From: Nostoc sp. PCC 7120 = FACHB-418
Lineage (GTDB): Bacteria > Cyanobacteriota > Cyanobacteriia > Cyanobacteriales > Nostocaceae
DNA length: 32,000 nt
Assembly (NCBI RefSeq): GCF_000009705.1
Contig: NC_003272.1
Coordinates: forward strand, 1,680,001-1,712,000
Reading direction: 5' to 3'
Below are positions 9,717 through 18,138 of the stretch, one piece after another; the stretch's first letter is position 1, and each line of letters starts with the position of its first letter. A program made the translations under genes and the position numbers. The notes under the pieces are model-generated. The model saw only the letters and a program-made list of their open reading frames with translations. It ran no database searches and was not told where the DNA came from.

Positions 9717-10310
9717 CTAAACTGTAACTAGCTCTGGTTTATCAGCAAATAGTTCTCTAGCAGATTTGTCTGGTTTTGGTAAGCCATAAAAGCAGGCTTC
9801 TACTTCCAGTTCATCTACTAAATCCCAAGCTTCAATAGCTCGTTTAGAATCTGAGCCATAGTTAGCAGAAATTCCTCGCGCATCGGAGATAGCTTTGTGT
9901 AGTTCTTTGCGTAAGAAAGTTAATTTTGGTTTAGGAATACAGTCGCCTTTGCTGACAATATCTGTAATCGAAATTACGCCAAGTAATTCACCTTTAATTA
10001 CAGGCGCACACCACAGATTTGTAGTTGACAATAAACGAGCCACATACTCTACATCAAGATCAGGATCGACGGTGATGCAGGGTTTGCTCATAATTTCATA
10101 GACACGGACATTTTCTGAGTCTTTTCCATAAGCAATAACCTTACCTGCAATATCAGCCACAGTGACGATACCGTAAGCATCAGCACTATGACGAGGTTCG
10201 ACAATCAAAGCACGCAGTCCTTTGAGCCTCATAAGTCTGACTGCTTCTGCTACACTCGCAGAACCGCGAATAGTAGCTACGTCTTGAGTCATAATTTGTT
10301 TAGCTCTCAT
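9717..10310 (-). CDS. CBS-domain pair fused to a CP12-like C-terminal domain (CBS-CP12 family)
   Basis: Two CBS motifs are present (IMTQDVATI...; IMSKPCITVDPD...GVISITDIV). The C-terminal AIEAWDLVDELE matches the CP12 AWD_VEEL core. An AAGGAG Shine-Dalgarno sequence lies 6 nt upstream of the ATG. Confidence 0.8.
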   Translation of the reverse strand: MRAKQIMTQDVATIRGSASVAEAVRLMRLKGLRALIVEPRHSADAYGIVTVADIAGKVIAYGKDSENVRVYEIMSKPCITVDPDLDVEYVARLLSTTNLWCAPVIKGELLGVISITDIVSKGDCIPKPKLTFLRKELHKAISDARGISANYGSDSKRAIEAWDLVDELEVEACFYGLPKPDKSARELFADKPELVTV

Positions 10311-10803
10311 AATTACTGCTCCTTATGTTTGCAAGGAAGGAAATTATTTCTAAACTGCCGTAATTTTGCCCAAACTGCTTTGGCAAAGCCTGCATAATTA
10401 GAGTAATTAAATATGCCGGCAGAAAAACGTTTAAGGTAATTAGACATACCTAATGATAAGTATGAGACTTATGACAAACCCTAATAAATCTGGTTGTTTT
10501 TGTTTGAAGATTTCCGCAGCGTTCCGAGAGTATCATCTTGAAGATATATGACCATCTACCCAATTTCTAAGATTGACCAGTATTAAGGTAGGAATGTCTG
10601 AGATAACCCTGTAATCGCTTTTTGCTGAGGTCTAGGTTCACTAGCAACAATTTAGCTTACTTATATATTATCACTCTGATAAGCTTAGATTATGAATGTT
10701 TATAACGATCGCCGTGTACATTGATTAAATCCGCTTAAAAAATACTACAACGGCAGCTATTTTGACAGTTATCTTGTATGATGTCAGCTACCAAAATCCC
10801 CAT

Positions 10804-10850
10804 AGATACCCGACTTCTTAAAGAAGTCGGGTATCTGGTTTTTGGTTTTG
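10804..10850 (+). terminator. Strong intrinsic-terminator-like hairpin with a U-tract and no annotated gene upstream
   Basis: AGATACCCGACTTCTT-A-AAGAAGTCGGGTATCT (10804-10836) forms perfect 16-nt arms. It is followed by GGTTTTTGGTTTTGGTTT. Confidence 0.5.
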
Positions 10851-10956
10851 GTTTAAATTTATATCTATCGAAATAATTAAAAAAGTCTAAAGGGGTGATT
10901 TTATTTACCGTAAATGTTGGTATTCTGTTTCCTGTAAACAGGTAAGATTATAAGAT

Positions 10957-11166
10957 ATGGAAGTTAGCGCACGTAATTTTCTGAAAACAACTGTTAAAAA
11001 AGTTGTGCCTGGTACAGTTAACACCGAAGTAACATTAGAACTAGCTCCTGGAGTAGAGATAGTTTCGATCATCACCAAATCATCAGCAGATAAACTCCAA
11101 CTGGCTGAGGGTAAGCAAGCATACGCTTTAATTAAATCCTCAGATGTGATAGTTGCTGTTGATTAA
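10957..11166 (+). CDS. mop: Molybdenum-pterin-binding protein (TOBE/Mop domain)
   Basis: The 69-aa sequence MEVSARNFLKTTVKKVVPGTVNTEVTLELAPGVEIVSIITKSSADKLQLAEGKQAYALIKSSDVIVAV matches the Mop/TOBE pattern (SARNxLxGxV...ITxxSxxxLxLxxGxxxxAxIKxSxV). Confidence 0.85.
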   Translation: MEVSARNFLKTTVKKVVPGTVNTEVTLELAPGVEIVSIITKSSADKLQLAEGKQAYALIKSSDVIVAVD

Positions 11167-11201
11167 ACCAAAACTAATTAAATGGCTTACCTTTATTCCC
11201 T

Positions 11202-11247
11202 AAATAGAGACGTTATATATTAAAGTCTCTATTTATTTTATTTTCCC
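11202..11247 (+). terminator. Rho-independent terminator downstream of mop
   Basis: The arms AAATAGAGAC (11202-11211) and GTCTCTATTT (11225-11234) form the stem. ATTTTATTTT follows. It lies between convergent genes. Confidence 0.55.
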
Positions 11248-11321
11248 AATATTTTAATGATTTCAAGTACTCTAATACTGTAAGATATAGTACTTATTAA
11301 TGAAGATTTTTCTCAATTCAA

Positions 11322-11633
11322 TCAATTATTAATTACACGAACGTAGATGTTACGAGCAAGTTCTTTATCTATTTCTAAGAGAATGCTTCCTACTTGAATA
11401 ATTAAAGAAGGGAATTCTTGCTCTATGGTGATAGTGACTCCGGTATTTAAGCCCAGAGACTTGAGTTTTTTGAGAATATTTTTATCTTGAATATTGCAGA
11501 ACTTGACTATTCCGCGATCGCCAACTTTTAGCAATTGCAAAGAACTGCCATTTACAGTAAATGGAGTAAACATTGGTGTTAATAAATTCAGAATAGATTT
11601 ATATAAGAAATCAGGATGAAAAATATCCTTCAT
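11322..11633 (-). CDS. FeoA-domain protein
   Basis: LLKVGDRGIVKFCNIQDKNILKKLKSLGLNTGVTITIEQEFPSLIIQVGSILLEIDKELARNIYVRV fits the FeoA SH3-like pattern. The start codon is uncertain. Confidence 0.65.
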   Translation of the reverse strand: MKDIFHPDFLYKSILNLLTPMFTPFTVNGSSLQLLKVGDRGIVKFCNIQDKNILKKLKSLGLNTGVTITIEQEFPSLIIQVGSILLEIDKELARNIYVRVINN

Positions 11634-11688
11634 CCTGATTTAAGCTACACTTGCACAAGCTGTAAATAGTAGCGACTACAGCAATGAA

Positions 11689-11988
11689 TTAAGCAAGGTA
11701 CGGTTCTTGGTGGGTCTTAATTGTGCAGTTGGAACGAGGGTAAGTAACACAAAGTAGAGCGAAGCCTTTACCCATCTGTTCATCATCTAAGAAGATTTGA
11801 TCAGATTGGTCAACTTCACCTTCAACAACTTTGCCTACACAGCTAGAACAAGAACCAGAATGGCAAGAGAAAGGTAATTCAATACCATTTTCTTCTGCGC
11901 CATCTAAAATTGTGGTTTCTTCATCAATCTCGATGGTAGTATCGATGTCTTGTTTCTTGTTGATCAATCTAACTTGGTAGCTAGCCAT
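11689..11988 (-). CDS. fdxH: Heterocyst-type [2Fe-2S] plant-type ferredoxin
   Basis: The 99-aa sequence begins [53 protein letters not shown] and continues to LLCVTYP. It carries the CxxxxCxxC...C cluster motif and lies downstream of hesB, as in the known nif cluster. Confidence 0.93.
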   Translation of the reverse strand: MASYQVRLINKKQDIDTTIEIDEETTILDGAEENGIELPFSCHSGSCSSCVGKVVEGEVDQSDQIFLDDEQMGKGFALLCVTYPRSNCTIKTHQEPYLA

Positions 11989-12172
11989 TTGCCGATTCTC
12001 CTCAAATTTATAGGATCGATATAGTTCTCGAAGTTAAATCTCCCTGAATTCTTCGAGAATTAAGCCAGAGTTGGACACTGCATTTGATGGGAAGCAATGA
12101 TCCATACCGTTTACAGGAAGACTTGATTCGGTTAACTGTTAACTGATGTACTAGGCAATAATTACAAATTAT

Positions 12173-12547
12173 TTAGCTGCAAGGTACACCTTCGGGTGAA
12201 CAGTCACCCACCTTGAAAGACTTTCCACAACCGCAAGTACTAGTAGCGTTGGGATTAGTGAACTTAAAGCCACTTTCGACAAGACCTTCAACAAAGTCAA
12301 TGACTATTCCTTCTAACAAAGGTGCGCTTTTCGCATCGACGTAAACCAACACACTACCTTGTTGAGTTACTAAATCATCTGGTTGTGGCTGACTGGTGAC
12401 ATCCATCAGATACTCATAGCCACTGCAACCACCATCTTTGACAGAGACGCGAATACCTTTTGTGGTTTCGTTAGCGTCTTTAGCAGAACCTCGAAGAAAG
12501 GCTCGCAGACGAAATTCAGCTTTTTCTGTTAAAGTAACAGTCATCAA
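12173..12547 (-). CDS. hesB: HesB/IscA-type iron-sulfur cluster assembly protein
   Basis: GIRVSVKDGGCSGYEY and the C-terminal FKFTNPNATSTCGCGKSF are A-type carrier motifs. Confidence 0.9.
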   Translation of the reverse strand: MMTVTLTEKAEFRLRAFLRGSAKDANETTKGIRVSVKDGGCSGYEYLMDVTSQPQPDDLVTQQGSVLVYVDAKSAPLLEGIVIDFVEGLVESGFKFTNPNATSTCGCGKSFKVGDCSPEGVPCS

Positions 12548-12615
12548 ATCTCCTGATTAGTAGCGAATAGTTATTATGTTTTCAGGTGTGGTGTTTGTAG
12601 TGATTTGCATTTGTA

Positions 12616-13419
12616 TCAACTATGTGTGCAATTACTGCTGGTTTCCATTGAATTGGATTGTGCATATCTCCAAGGCGCATCATTACCGCACACTGGACAA
12701 GAGCGATCGCGGTACAAACGCCGCTTGGCAAATTCCATCCGATTCAAGTCTATGGTGAGTAATTGTGACAATAGCGGCTGACTAAAACCAGTGATCAACT
12801 TAATTGCTTCCAGGGCTGTTAGACAAGCTAGTGTCCCAGAGACAGCGCCCAAAACAGAAAAGCCACGGCGATCCCAGTCTGGTTTTTCGGGGAATATGCA
12901 GGACAAACAAGGAGTCACACCAGGGATAATTGTCGTCAGATAAGCTTCCATCCCGTCCATCGCTGCTTCCACCATTGGCTTACGCCAGCGCACACAAGCT
13001 GAGTTCAACAAATCACGCTCAGTAAAATTGTGCGCGCAGTCCAGCGCCATATCAGCAGACTGTACCAATGAATCTACGTTTTCCGAGGTGATATAGTCGT
13101 GAATTGTTTCTATCTGGATATCAGGATTAATTGCTTGTAGGGTTTCTTTGGCTTTGAATACCCTTGGTTTACCAACCCAATCATCCGTCATCAGAACCTG
13201 ACGATTCATATCATCCAGTCGCAAATCACCGCCCCGGACGAGGATTAGTCGCCCAACGCCCGCTACTGCTAAGTAAAGCGCCGCCGTACCGCCTAATCCC
13301 CCCACACCTGTCACTAAAACCGTCGCTGACTTCAGACGTTTTTGAGCCGCTTCGCCAAAATTAGGAAGCATCATTTGGCGGCTATAACGTTCTAACTCGG
13401 TAGGCGTTAGGTTGATCAC
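12616..13419 (-). CDS. hesA: HesA/MoeB/ThiF-family adenylyltransferase
   Basis: ERYSRQMMLPNFGEAAQKRLKSATVLVTGVGGLGG carries a ThiF-type nucleotide-binding motif. C-terminal CxxC pairs are present (CLSC and CPVC). Its position between nifW and hesB fits. Confidence 0.9.
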   Translation of the reverse strand: MINLTPTELERYSRQMMLPNFGEAAQKRLKSATVLVTGVGGLGGTAALYLAVAGVGRLILVRGGDLRLDDMNRQVLMTDDWVGKPRVFKAKETLQAINPDIQIETIHDYITSENVDSLVQSADMALDCAHNFTERDLLNSACVRWRKPMVEAAMDGMEAYLTTIIPGVTPCLSCIFPEKPDWDRRGFSVLGAVSGTLACLTALEAIKLITGFSQPLLSQLLTIDLNRMEFAKRRLYRDRSCPVCGNDAPWRYAQSNSMETSSNCTHS

Positions 13420-13429
13420 TTTATACCTC

Positions 13430-13747
13430 CTAATCAGACGATAGTTCTGTCAGCGTGATTACATTTTTTGGCTTATCCTTAAACACCTTGAACAACTTTT
13501 GTTCTTGTGGAGATGAGCCGAGAAAGACTTGATAAGCTGATTGCAAAGCTAATGAATATTGATTTAACTTTTCTTCTGCACTTATGTCTGGATAATTAGT
13601 ATCAATCTCACTGATTAATTGTGAGAACTTTTTCAAAATATGCAAACGATTAACATTGACAATTTTCGCATCGTAATCTAGCTCAAAGAACTTAAAATAT
13701 TCTTCTGCATCTACGAGCTTTTTAAATTCTTCTAGGCTCTTAGTCAT
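13430..13747 (-). CDS. nifW: Nitrogenase-stabilizing/protective protein NifW
   Basis: The 105-aa sequence begins ...EEFKKLVDAEEYFKFFELDYDAKIVNVNRLHILKKF, a NifW-type N-terminus. Its ATG overlaps the upstream stop as ATGA. Confidence 0.88.
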   Translation of the reverse strand: MTKSLEEFKKLVDAEEYFKFFELDYDAKIVNVNRLHILKKFSQLISEIDTNYPDISAEEKLNQYSLALQSAYQVFLGSSPQEQKLFKVFKDKPKNVITLTELSSD

Positions 13748-13959
13748 TTCGCATTCTCCAATTTCTTCAACTCTTGCTTGAGTTCATCTAGCTGACGATA
13801 AATTTCATAAGTTGCAGCCGCAACGTCCATTAGTTGGGTGTAATCCGTTGGCAAACCTTCTGCTAAATCGTGCAGATCCATTTTCATTTGCCCGGCTTTA
13901 CTATTGAGGCGTTTGATTTTAGTTTGTATTTCCTCAATACTTGTTTCTTCTACTTGCAT
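13744..13959 (-). CDS. Small conserved nif-cluster protein (71 aa; resembles the CCE_0567-type family found upstream of nifW in cyanobacteria)
   Basis: It has an ATGA stop/start overlap with nifW. The sequence is MQVEETSIEEIQTKIKRLNSKAGQMKMDLHDLAEGLPTD... The family assignment is from memory only. Confidence 0.7.
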   Translation of the reverse strand: MQVEETSIEEIQTKIKRLNSKAGQMKMDLHDLAEGLPTDYTQLMDVAAATYEIYRQLDELKQELKKLENAK

Positions 13960-13990
13960 AGTGTTGAATAATTTTTGAACATCTCACATA

Positions 13991-14050
13991 GAGGCGCAGA
14001 TAACTCTGCGTTCCTCCGCGTAAACCTCCGCGCCCCTCTGCGTTTAAAAC
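13991..14050. repeat. CTCCGCG/CTCTGCG short-repeat block ending in TGCGTTTAAAAC
   Basis: The sequence is GAGGCGCAGATAACTCTGCGTTCCTCCGCGTAAACCTCCGCGCCCCTCTGCGTTTAAAAC. Related blocks lie at 17967-18016 and, shorter, at 2039-2057. Confidence 0.6.
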
Positions 14051-14055
14051 CTCTC

Positions 14056-14532
14056 TTACAACTTACTTACTTCTTTATAGCGATTAGCTAAATCAACTCC
14101 TCTTTCGACATATCTATCGCCTTCTTCCGCCAGTTTTTCTAGAGAGTCAAAACCAAAACGATGAGCATCTCTTAGGGTTTTAACTGTCAGTATCAGACGA
14201 CCAGAAAAAACTAACGCCCAGCCAAAACCTTCATGGCTTAAGTCAAGTACAACTTGGGAGATTAAGCCTGTTTCTTGTTCAATTCTGGCAGCGATCGCCT
14301 TAAAGAAGGACATAATCCGCGAGATAGTTACCGGGTCAACTTCTCCTTGCACGGAAATTTCCCGTTTCTTTTGTTTGGTGACAACAAAGCCTTTTAGGAG
14401 TAAATCATCAGCCCAGCTACGATATACTCCATAAGCATCTTGTCCGCGAATTTGTAAGACTAATGCTTTCAAAAATGGTGATGTAGAAACGACACTCTCA
14501 GCAGTGCCATTTAAATTATTTTCTGGTGTCAT
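14056..14532 (-). CDS. NifX-associated nitrogen fixation protein (DUF269 family)
   Basis: The 158-aa ORF lies directly downstream of nifX with an ATGA overlap. ...DPVTISRIMSFFKAIAARIEQETGL...HEGFGWALVFSGRLIL...LRDAHRFGF is typical of DUF269. Confidence 0.85.
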   Translation of the reverse strand: MTPENNLNGTAESVVSTSPFLKALVLQIRGQDAYGVYRSWADDLLLKGFVVTKQKKREISVQGEVDPVTISRIMSFFKAIAARIEQETGLISQVVLDLSHEGFGWALVFSGRLILTVKTLRDAHRFGFDSLEKLAEEGDRYVERGVDLANRYKEVSKL

Positions 14533-14942
14533 ACTGTTGCTTCATCTTCAATTTCATCAGCAAAATTTCTGGTTTTTGGTTGCAACGCTTTCCGCAACCA
14601 AGGAGGGGGATTACCTTTCAAGGTTTGGACTAATTTATTTAAGAGTTCGCTGATACTTTCTTCTTCAGAACGCGCCTTGACAGGAGTGACACCTTTTTTG
14701 ATCAATTTAGCAGCAGCAGTCCCACCAATAGCCACAACATATACAATGGCACAGTCAGCTAATGCTGCTAGTTTTGGTGCAACTTTATCTTCGTTGCCAT
14801 CTTCTTTGAGTTCGCCTTCAAAGTTCAATGTTTCTAAAAATTGATATCCTTCAGCATTAATTTCGTAGACATCAATTTCTTTAGCAGAACCGAAGTGTGA
14901 ATTAATATGAATTCTGTCACTAGTGGTAAAGGCAATTTTCAT
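14529..14942 (-). CDS. nifX: FeMo-cofactor biosynthesis protein NifX
   Basis: MKIAFTTSDRIHINSHFGSAKEIDVYEI...ALADCAIVYVVAIGGTAAAKLIKKGV matches the NifX/NifB-C-terminal dinitrogenase iron-molybdenum cofactor domain. Confidence 0.9.
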   Translation of the reverse strand: MKIAFTTSDRIHINSHFGSAKEIDVYEINAEGYQFLETLNFEGELKEDGNEDKVAPKLAALADCAIVYVVAIGGTAAAKLIKKGVTPVKARSEEESISELLNKLVQTLKGNPPPWLRKALQPKTRNFADEIEDEATV

Positions 14943-14956
14943 TCTGATTACTCCTG

Positions 14957-15067
14957 AATTGGGGATTGGTGATTGGGAATTGGGGATTGGTAATTGGTAA
15001 TTGGAGACAAATTAAATTCTCTTTTATTACCTATTACCCATTACCCATTACCCATTACCCATGACCA
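14957..15067. repeat. Inverted arrays of heptameric STRR repeats in the nifN-nifX spacer
   Basis: The left arm is AATTGGG/GATTGGT heptamers (14957-15004). The right arm is TTACCCA x4 (about 15024-15067) and also supplies the last nifN codons. The arms are complementary, so the mRNA could form a long stem-loop. Confidence 0.7.
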
Positions 15068-16389
15068 GTTACAAAATTCTCATCAAAGTTCTTAACTCTG
15101 GCTTCTTCCGCATCTATAAATAGATTACCGATGCCAAACAAGACTTCCATTGAGCCGCGATAGCCGACTTTGGTGTAATGACCATTACCTAAGCGGTCAT
15201 AAATGGGGATACCGAGACGATAGTGAGGGATGGAAAGACGTTTAGCGATCGCTGCCAAGTTAGAATTACCAATTAACAGGTCAGATTCTACTGCCAGTTG
15301 TTCAAAGTCTTCTAAATCACCGATGGTTACGCTCTTGATGGGGAGTTGTTCTAGCAGGGGTGAGCGTGTGGTGGTGACGGCGGCGTGAATTTGTGTCCCC
15401 ATTGATTGCAGAAACTTGACCATTGACCACAGCAGGTCTGGTTCCAACGCCAAGGAGATGCGTTTTGCACCGAAGTAAAAGTGTGTGTCTAACATCGCAT
15501 CTTGCAACTGGCGACGTTGACGGCAATACTTTTCTGGTACTGAGTTGCTGCTGAGAATTGCTAAGGCTTGGATAAATTCGTCTACGGGTTCTAAGCCGGT
15601 GAGTTCGCTAAAGACTTCGTAGGGAATATTAAACCTGTCTTCCAGAATCCTCGCCGCACCCCGCATACTTTCACCCAAGGCGATGGTGAAGGCGGAACAA
15701 CCAACTTCTTGCAGTTGTTTTACCGTTGTTCCACTTGTTGTCACCGAACTATATTCCTCATCTAGGTGTCCATCCAAGGACGCACCAATATCAGGAACGA
15801 AGATAGGTACTAAACCAAAAGCAGTGACAATCTCTTTGATTTCTTGCAAATCTCCGGGGGTGAAAGCGGAACCAGCCAAAATTGTGACTTGTTCGCTTCT
15901 GGTTGTACCGGGTTGGGGAATTTCTTGGACGATGCTTTCCACAGCAGCCGCAAATCCATCTTGCAACGCCCCTTTAAAATCTGGTGTAGGCGCGAATACA
16001 ATTGGCAGGTGAGATATTTCCGGATGGCGATCGCGGATATCCTTAAGAAAGCGTTCAATATCATCGCCTCTGGTTTCTGTTAATCCAGTGCTACACAGAC
16101 CAATAATTTCTGGGCTGGACTTCTCCACCAAAGTGAGAATTGCTTGCTCAATATTATCTTCACCACCCAAGATAGTAGTTACTTCCGTCATCGCCGTTGT
16201 CGCCAGGGGTATGGCTTCCCGAAAATGCCGGACTAACACCACTTTGGCAAAAGCTGTACAACCTTGGGAACCGTGAAACAGAGGAATCATCCCCTTCAAT
16301 CCCAAAAAGGCTAGAGAAGCGCCTAAAGCTTGACTTTGCTTGAGAGGATTGACTGCAACTGATTTATTGGGGAGCGTAACGATCGCCAT
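15055..16389 (-). CDS. nifN: Nitrogenase FeMo-cofactor biosynthesis scaffold protein NifN
   Basis: The 444-aa sequence includes NPLKQSQALGASLAFLGLKGMIPLFHGSQGCTAFAKV. Its ATG overlaps the nifE stop as ATGA (16389). Confidence 0.95.
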   Translation of the reverse strand: MAIVTLPNKSVAVNPLKQSQALGASLAFLGLKGMIPLFHGSQGCTAFAKVVLVRHFREAIPLATTAMTEVTTILGGEDNIEQAILTLVEKSSPEIIGLCSTGLTETRGDDIERFLKDIRDRHPEISHLPIVFAPTPDFKGALQDGFAAAVESIVQEIPQPGTTRSEQVTILAGSAFTPGDLQEIKEIVTAFGLVPIFVPDIGASLDGHLDEEYSSVTTSGTTVKQLQEVGCSAFTIALGESMRGAARILEDRFNIPYEVFSELTGLEPVDEFIQALAILSSNSVPEKYCRQRRQLQDAMLDTHFYFGAKRISLALEPDLLWSMVKFLQSMGTQIHAAVTTTRSPLLEQLPIKSVTIGDLEDFEQLAVESDLLIGNSNLAAIAKRLSIPHYRLGIPIYDRLGNGHYTKVGYRGSMEVLFGIGNLFIDAEEARVKNFDENFVTGHG

Positions 16390-17831
16390 CAGATTAACTC
16401 CTCTATAGATGCCAAGATATGATCGTGATTACTTGTATATTCATGAGCCAATATCCCCATATCTTCATCCCAAGGTGCAGGCTTACGAATTTGTTCCCAA
16501 ATCGGGCTGTAGAGAGCTTCGTACAATTCCCGCGCCATCTCAATCATGCCCACATAACCAGCATAAGGATGATGGCGTTCTTGGTTGATATCAAGGAAAG
16601 GAATCCGGGCTTTGAGGGCGGTGTATTGGTTACGACCACCAGCAATTAACATATCAGCTTGCGTATCTTTTACCAGTTGTAGGAGTTCTTTGGCGTTGCC
16701 TTTTTCCAGCATGATGCCATCGGCACCCAACAACCGTTTGATTTTAGCTTTATCTTCTTCTGTACTCTTGCGGGTACTGGTAGCCACTACTTCAATACCC
16801 AAGTCCTTCGCCGCCGAGATAATCGACCAACTCTTGACACCACCTGTATAGAGTACGACTCGCTTACCTTTAAGACGAGCGCGATAGGGAGCCAGTGCCA
16901 AATCTAGAGCCGCCGTTTCCTCTGCAATCAGCTTTTCTGTGCGCGCTTGCAAATCAGGGTCGCCCAATTTGGCGGCAATATTCCGCAAACACCGATTCAT
17001 ATCATCGATGCCATAGAAAGACTCTTCAATGTAGGGGATGCCGTAATTTTCCTCCATCTTTCTCGCCATATTGAGCAACGCCCGTGAACAGATCATCACA
17101 TTCAGCTTGGCGCGGTGTGCATAGCGGATTTCTTCAAACCGAGCATCGCCTGTGATTTTCGATAGGACGCGAATACCCAATTTTTCTAGTAACGGCAGGA
17201 CTCCCCACATTTCCCCGGCGATATTATATTCGCCGATTAAGTTTATATCATAGGGTGTGGTGTACTCCGGTTCTGCTGTACCGACAACATAATCTAATAA
17301 AGATTCACCACCAAAACGGTTGCCTAAGTTCTTACTACCGATGAAACCAGGAGCGATTACTGGGATTACAGGAGTGCCAATTTTCTCCGCCGCAGTTTTG
17401 CAAACAGCATCAATATCATCACCAATCAACGCCGTCACACAAGTAGCGTAGACAAATACCGCCGATGGATTGTAACGTTTGTGAATTTCTAGAATTGCTT
17501 TATAGAGTTTCTTCTCACCACCGAAAATTACATCATTTTCTGACATATCGGTAGTAAAGCCCATTTTGTAAAGCTGGGGGCCGGAAGAGAGACTACCCCG
17601 ACTACCCCAAGAATTACCAGCACAGGCGATGGGGCCATGCACCAAATGAGCCGCATCTACAATGGGGACAAGGGAAATCATCGCCCCATCAAATGCACAG
17701 CCCCCTTGAGCCGCCCCAGGTTGCGCTTGTTGTGAACAAGACTTATTCTTCTTCTCACCATGCTTGTGCTGATTATGTTCGCATCCCGACTCATTCAGTA
17801 GCTCGTTGATTTTGCCTTGGGTGTTCTTCAT
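16389..17831 (-). CDS. nifE: Nitrogenase FeMo-cofactor biosynthesis scaffold protein NifE
   Basis: The 480-aa sequence includes [37 protein letters not shown] and [14 protein letters not shown], which are NifE/NifD-family motifs. Confidence 0.95.
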   Translation of the reverse strand: MKNTQGKINELLNESGCEHNQHKHGEKKNKSCSQQAQPGAAQGGCAFDGAMISLVPIVDAAHLVHGPIACAGNSWGSRGSLSSGPQLYKMGFTTDMSENDVIFGGEKKLYKAILEIHKRYNPSAVFVYATCVTALIGDDIDAVCKTAAEKIGTPVIPVIAPGFIGSKNLGNRFGGESLLDYVVGTAEPEYTTPYDINLIGEYNIAGEMWGVLPLLEKLGIRVLSKITGDARFEEIRYAHRAKLNVMICSRALLNMARKMEENYGIPYIEESFYGIDDMNRCLRNIAAKLGDPDLQARTEKLIAEETAALDLALAPYRARLKGKRVVLYTGGVKSWSIISAAKDLGIEVVATSTRKSTEEDKAKIKRLLGADGIMLEKGNAKELLQLVKDTQADMLIAGGRNQYTALKARIPFLDINQERHHPYAGYVGMIEMARELYEALYSPIWEQIRKPAPWDEDMGILAHEYTSNHDHILASIEELI

Positions 17832-17966
17832 CTCTCTTCTCGCACGCGATCGACTTTGTTAATTTTCAGTTATCAGTAAATAGTGAAATGATCCCCAATT
17901 CACCGATAACTGTTCTTAATAAACTTCTTGCAAAAATCTTCTTTCACCACGCGAAATACACAAAAA

Positions 17967-18016
17967 TCCTCCGCGTACTCCGCGTTAACCTCCGCGATAC
18001 TTTGCGTTTAAAAAAC
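17967..18016. repeat. CTCCGCG short-repeat block ending in TGCGTTTAAAAAAC, upstream of nifE
   Basis: The sequence is ATCCTCCGCGTACTCCGCGTTAACCTCCGCGATACTTTGCGTTTAAAAAAC, the same family as 13991-14050. Confidence 0.6.
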
Positions 18017-18138
18017 TGACAAAATCATCAACGGTAGCATTTTCATAAACAGACCTTTGCAAGAAATACGGTCAATTAGATAACACAAAAAGCAAGAGAA
18101 AATCTTTTCCCTAGCCCCTAGTTCCTAACTTCTAACCT

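Noticed and set aside
7472-10447. Idea that the SagB-type dehydrogenase marks a thiazole/oxazole RiPP cluster with the 44-aa or 124-aa ORF as precursor
   Set aside because: No YcaO/cyclodehydratase, protease or transporter gene is nearby. Neither candidate peptide has a Cys/Ser/Thr-rich core. I kept it only as an orphan dehydrogenase observation.
10311-10956. Possible molybdenum-cofactor riboswitch upstream of mop
   Set aside because: I could not recognise the conserved Moco-motif elements by eye, so a covariance-model search would be needed. Only the terminator hairpin is reported.
14957-15067. Possibility that the tandem short repeats (also at 18501-18708) are CRISPR arrays
   Set aside because: The units are 7 nt with no spacers and occur as inverted arrays. 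This is the STRR class of cyanobacterial repeats, not CRISPR.
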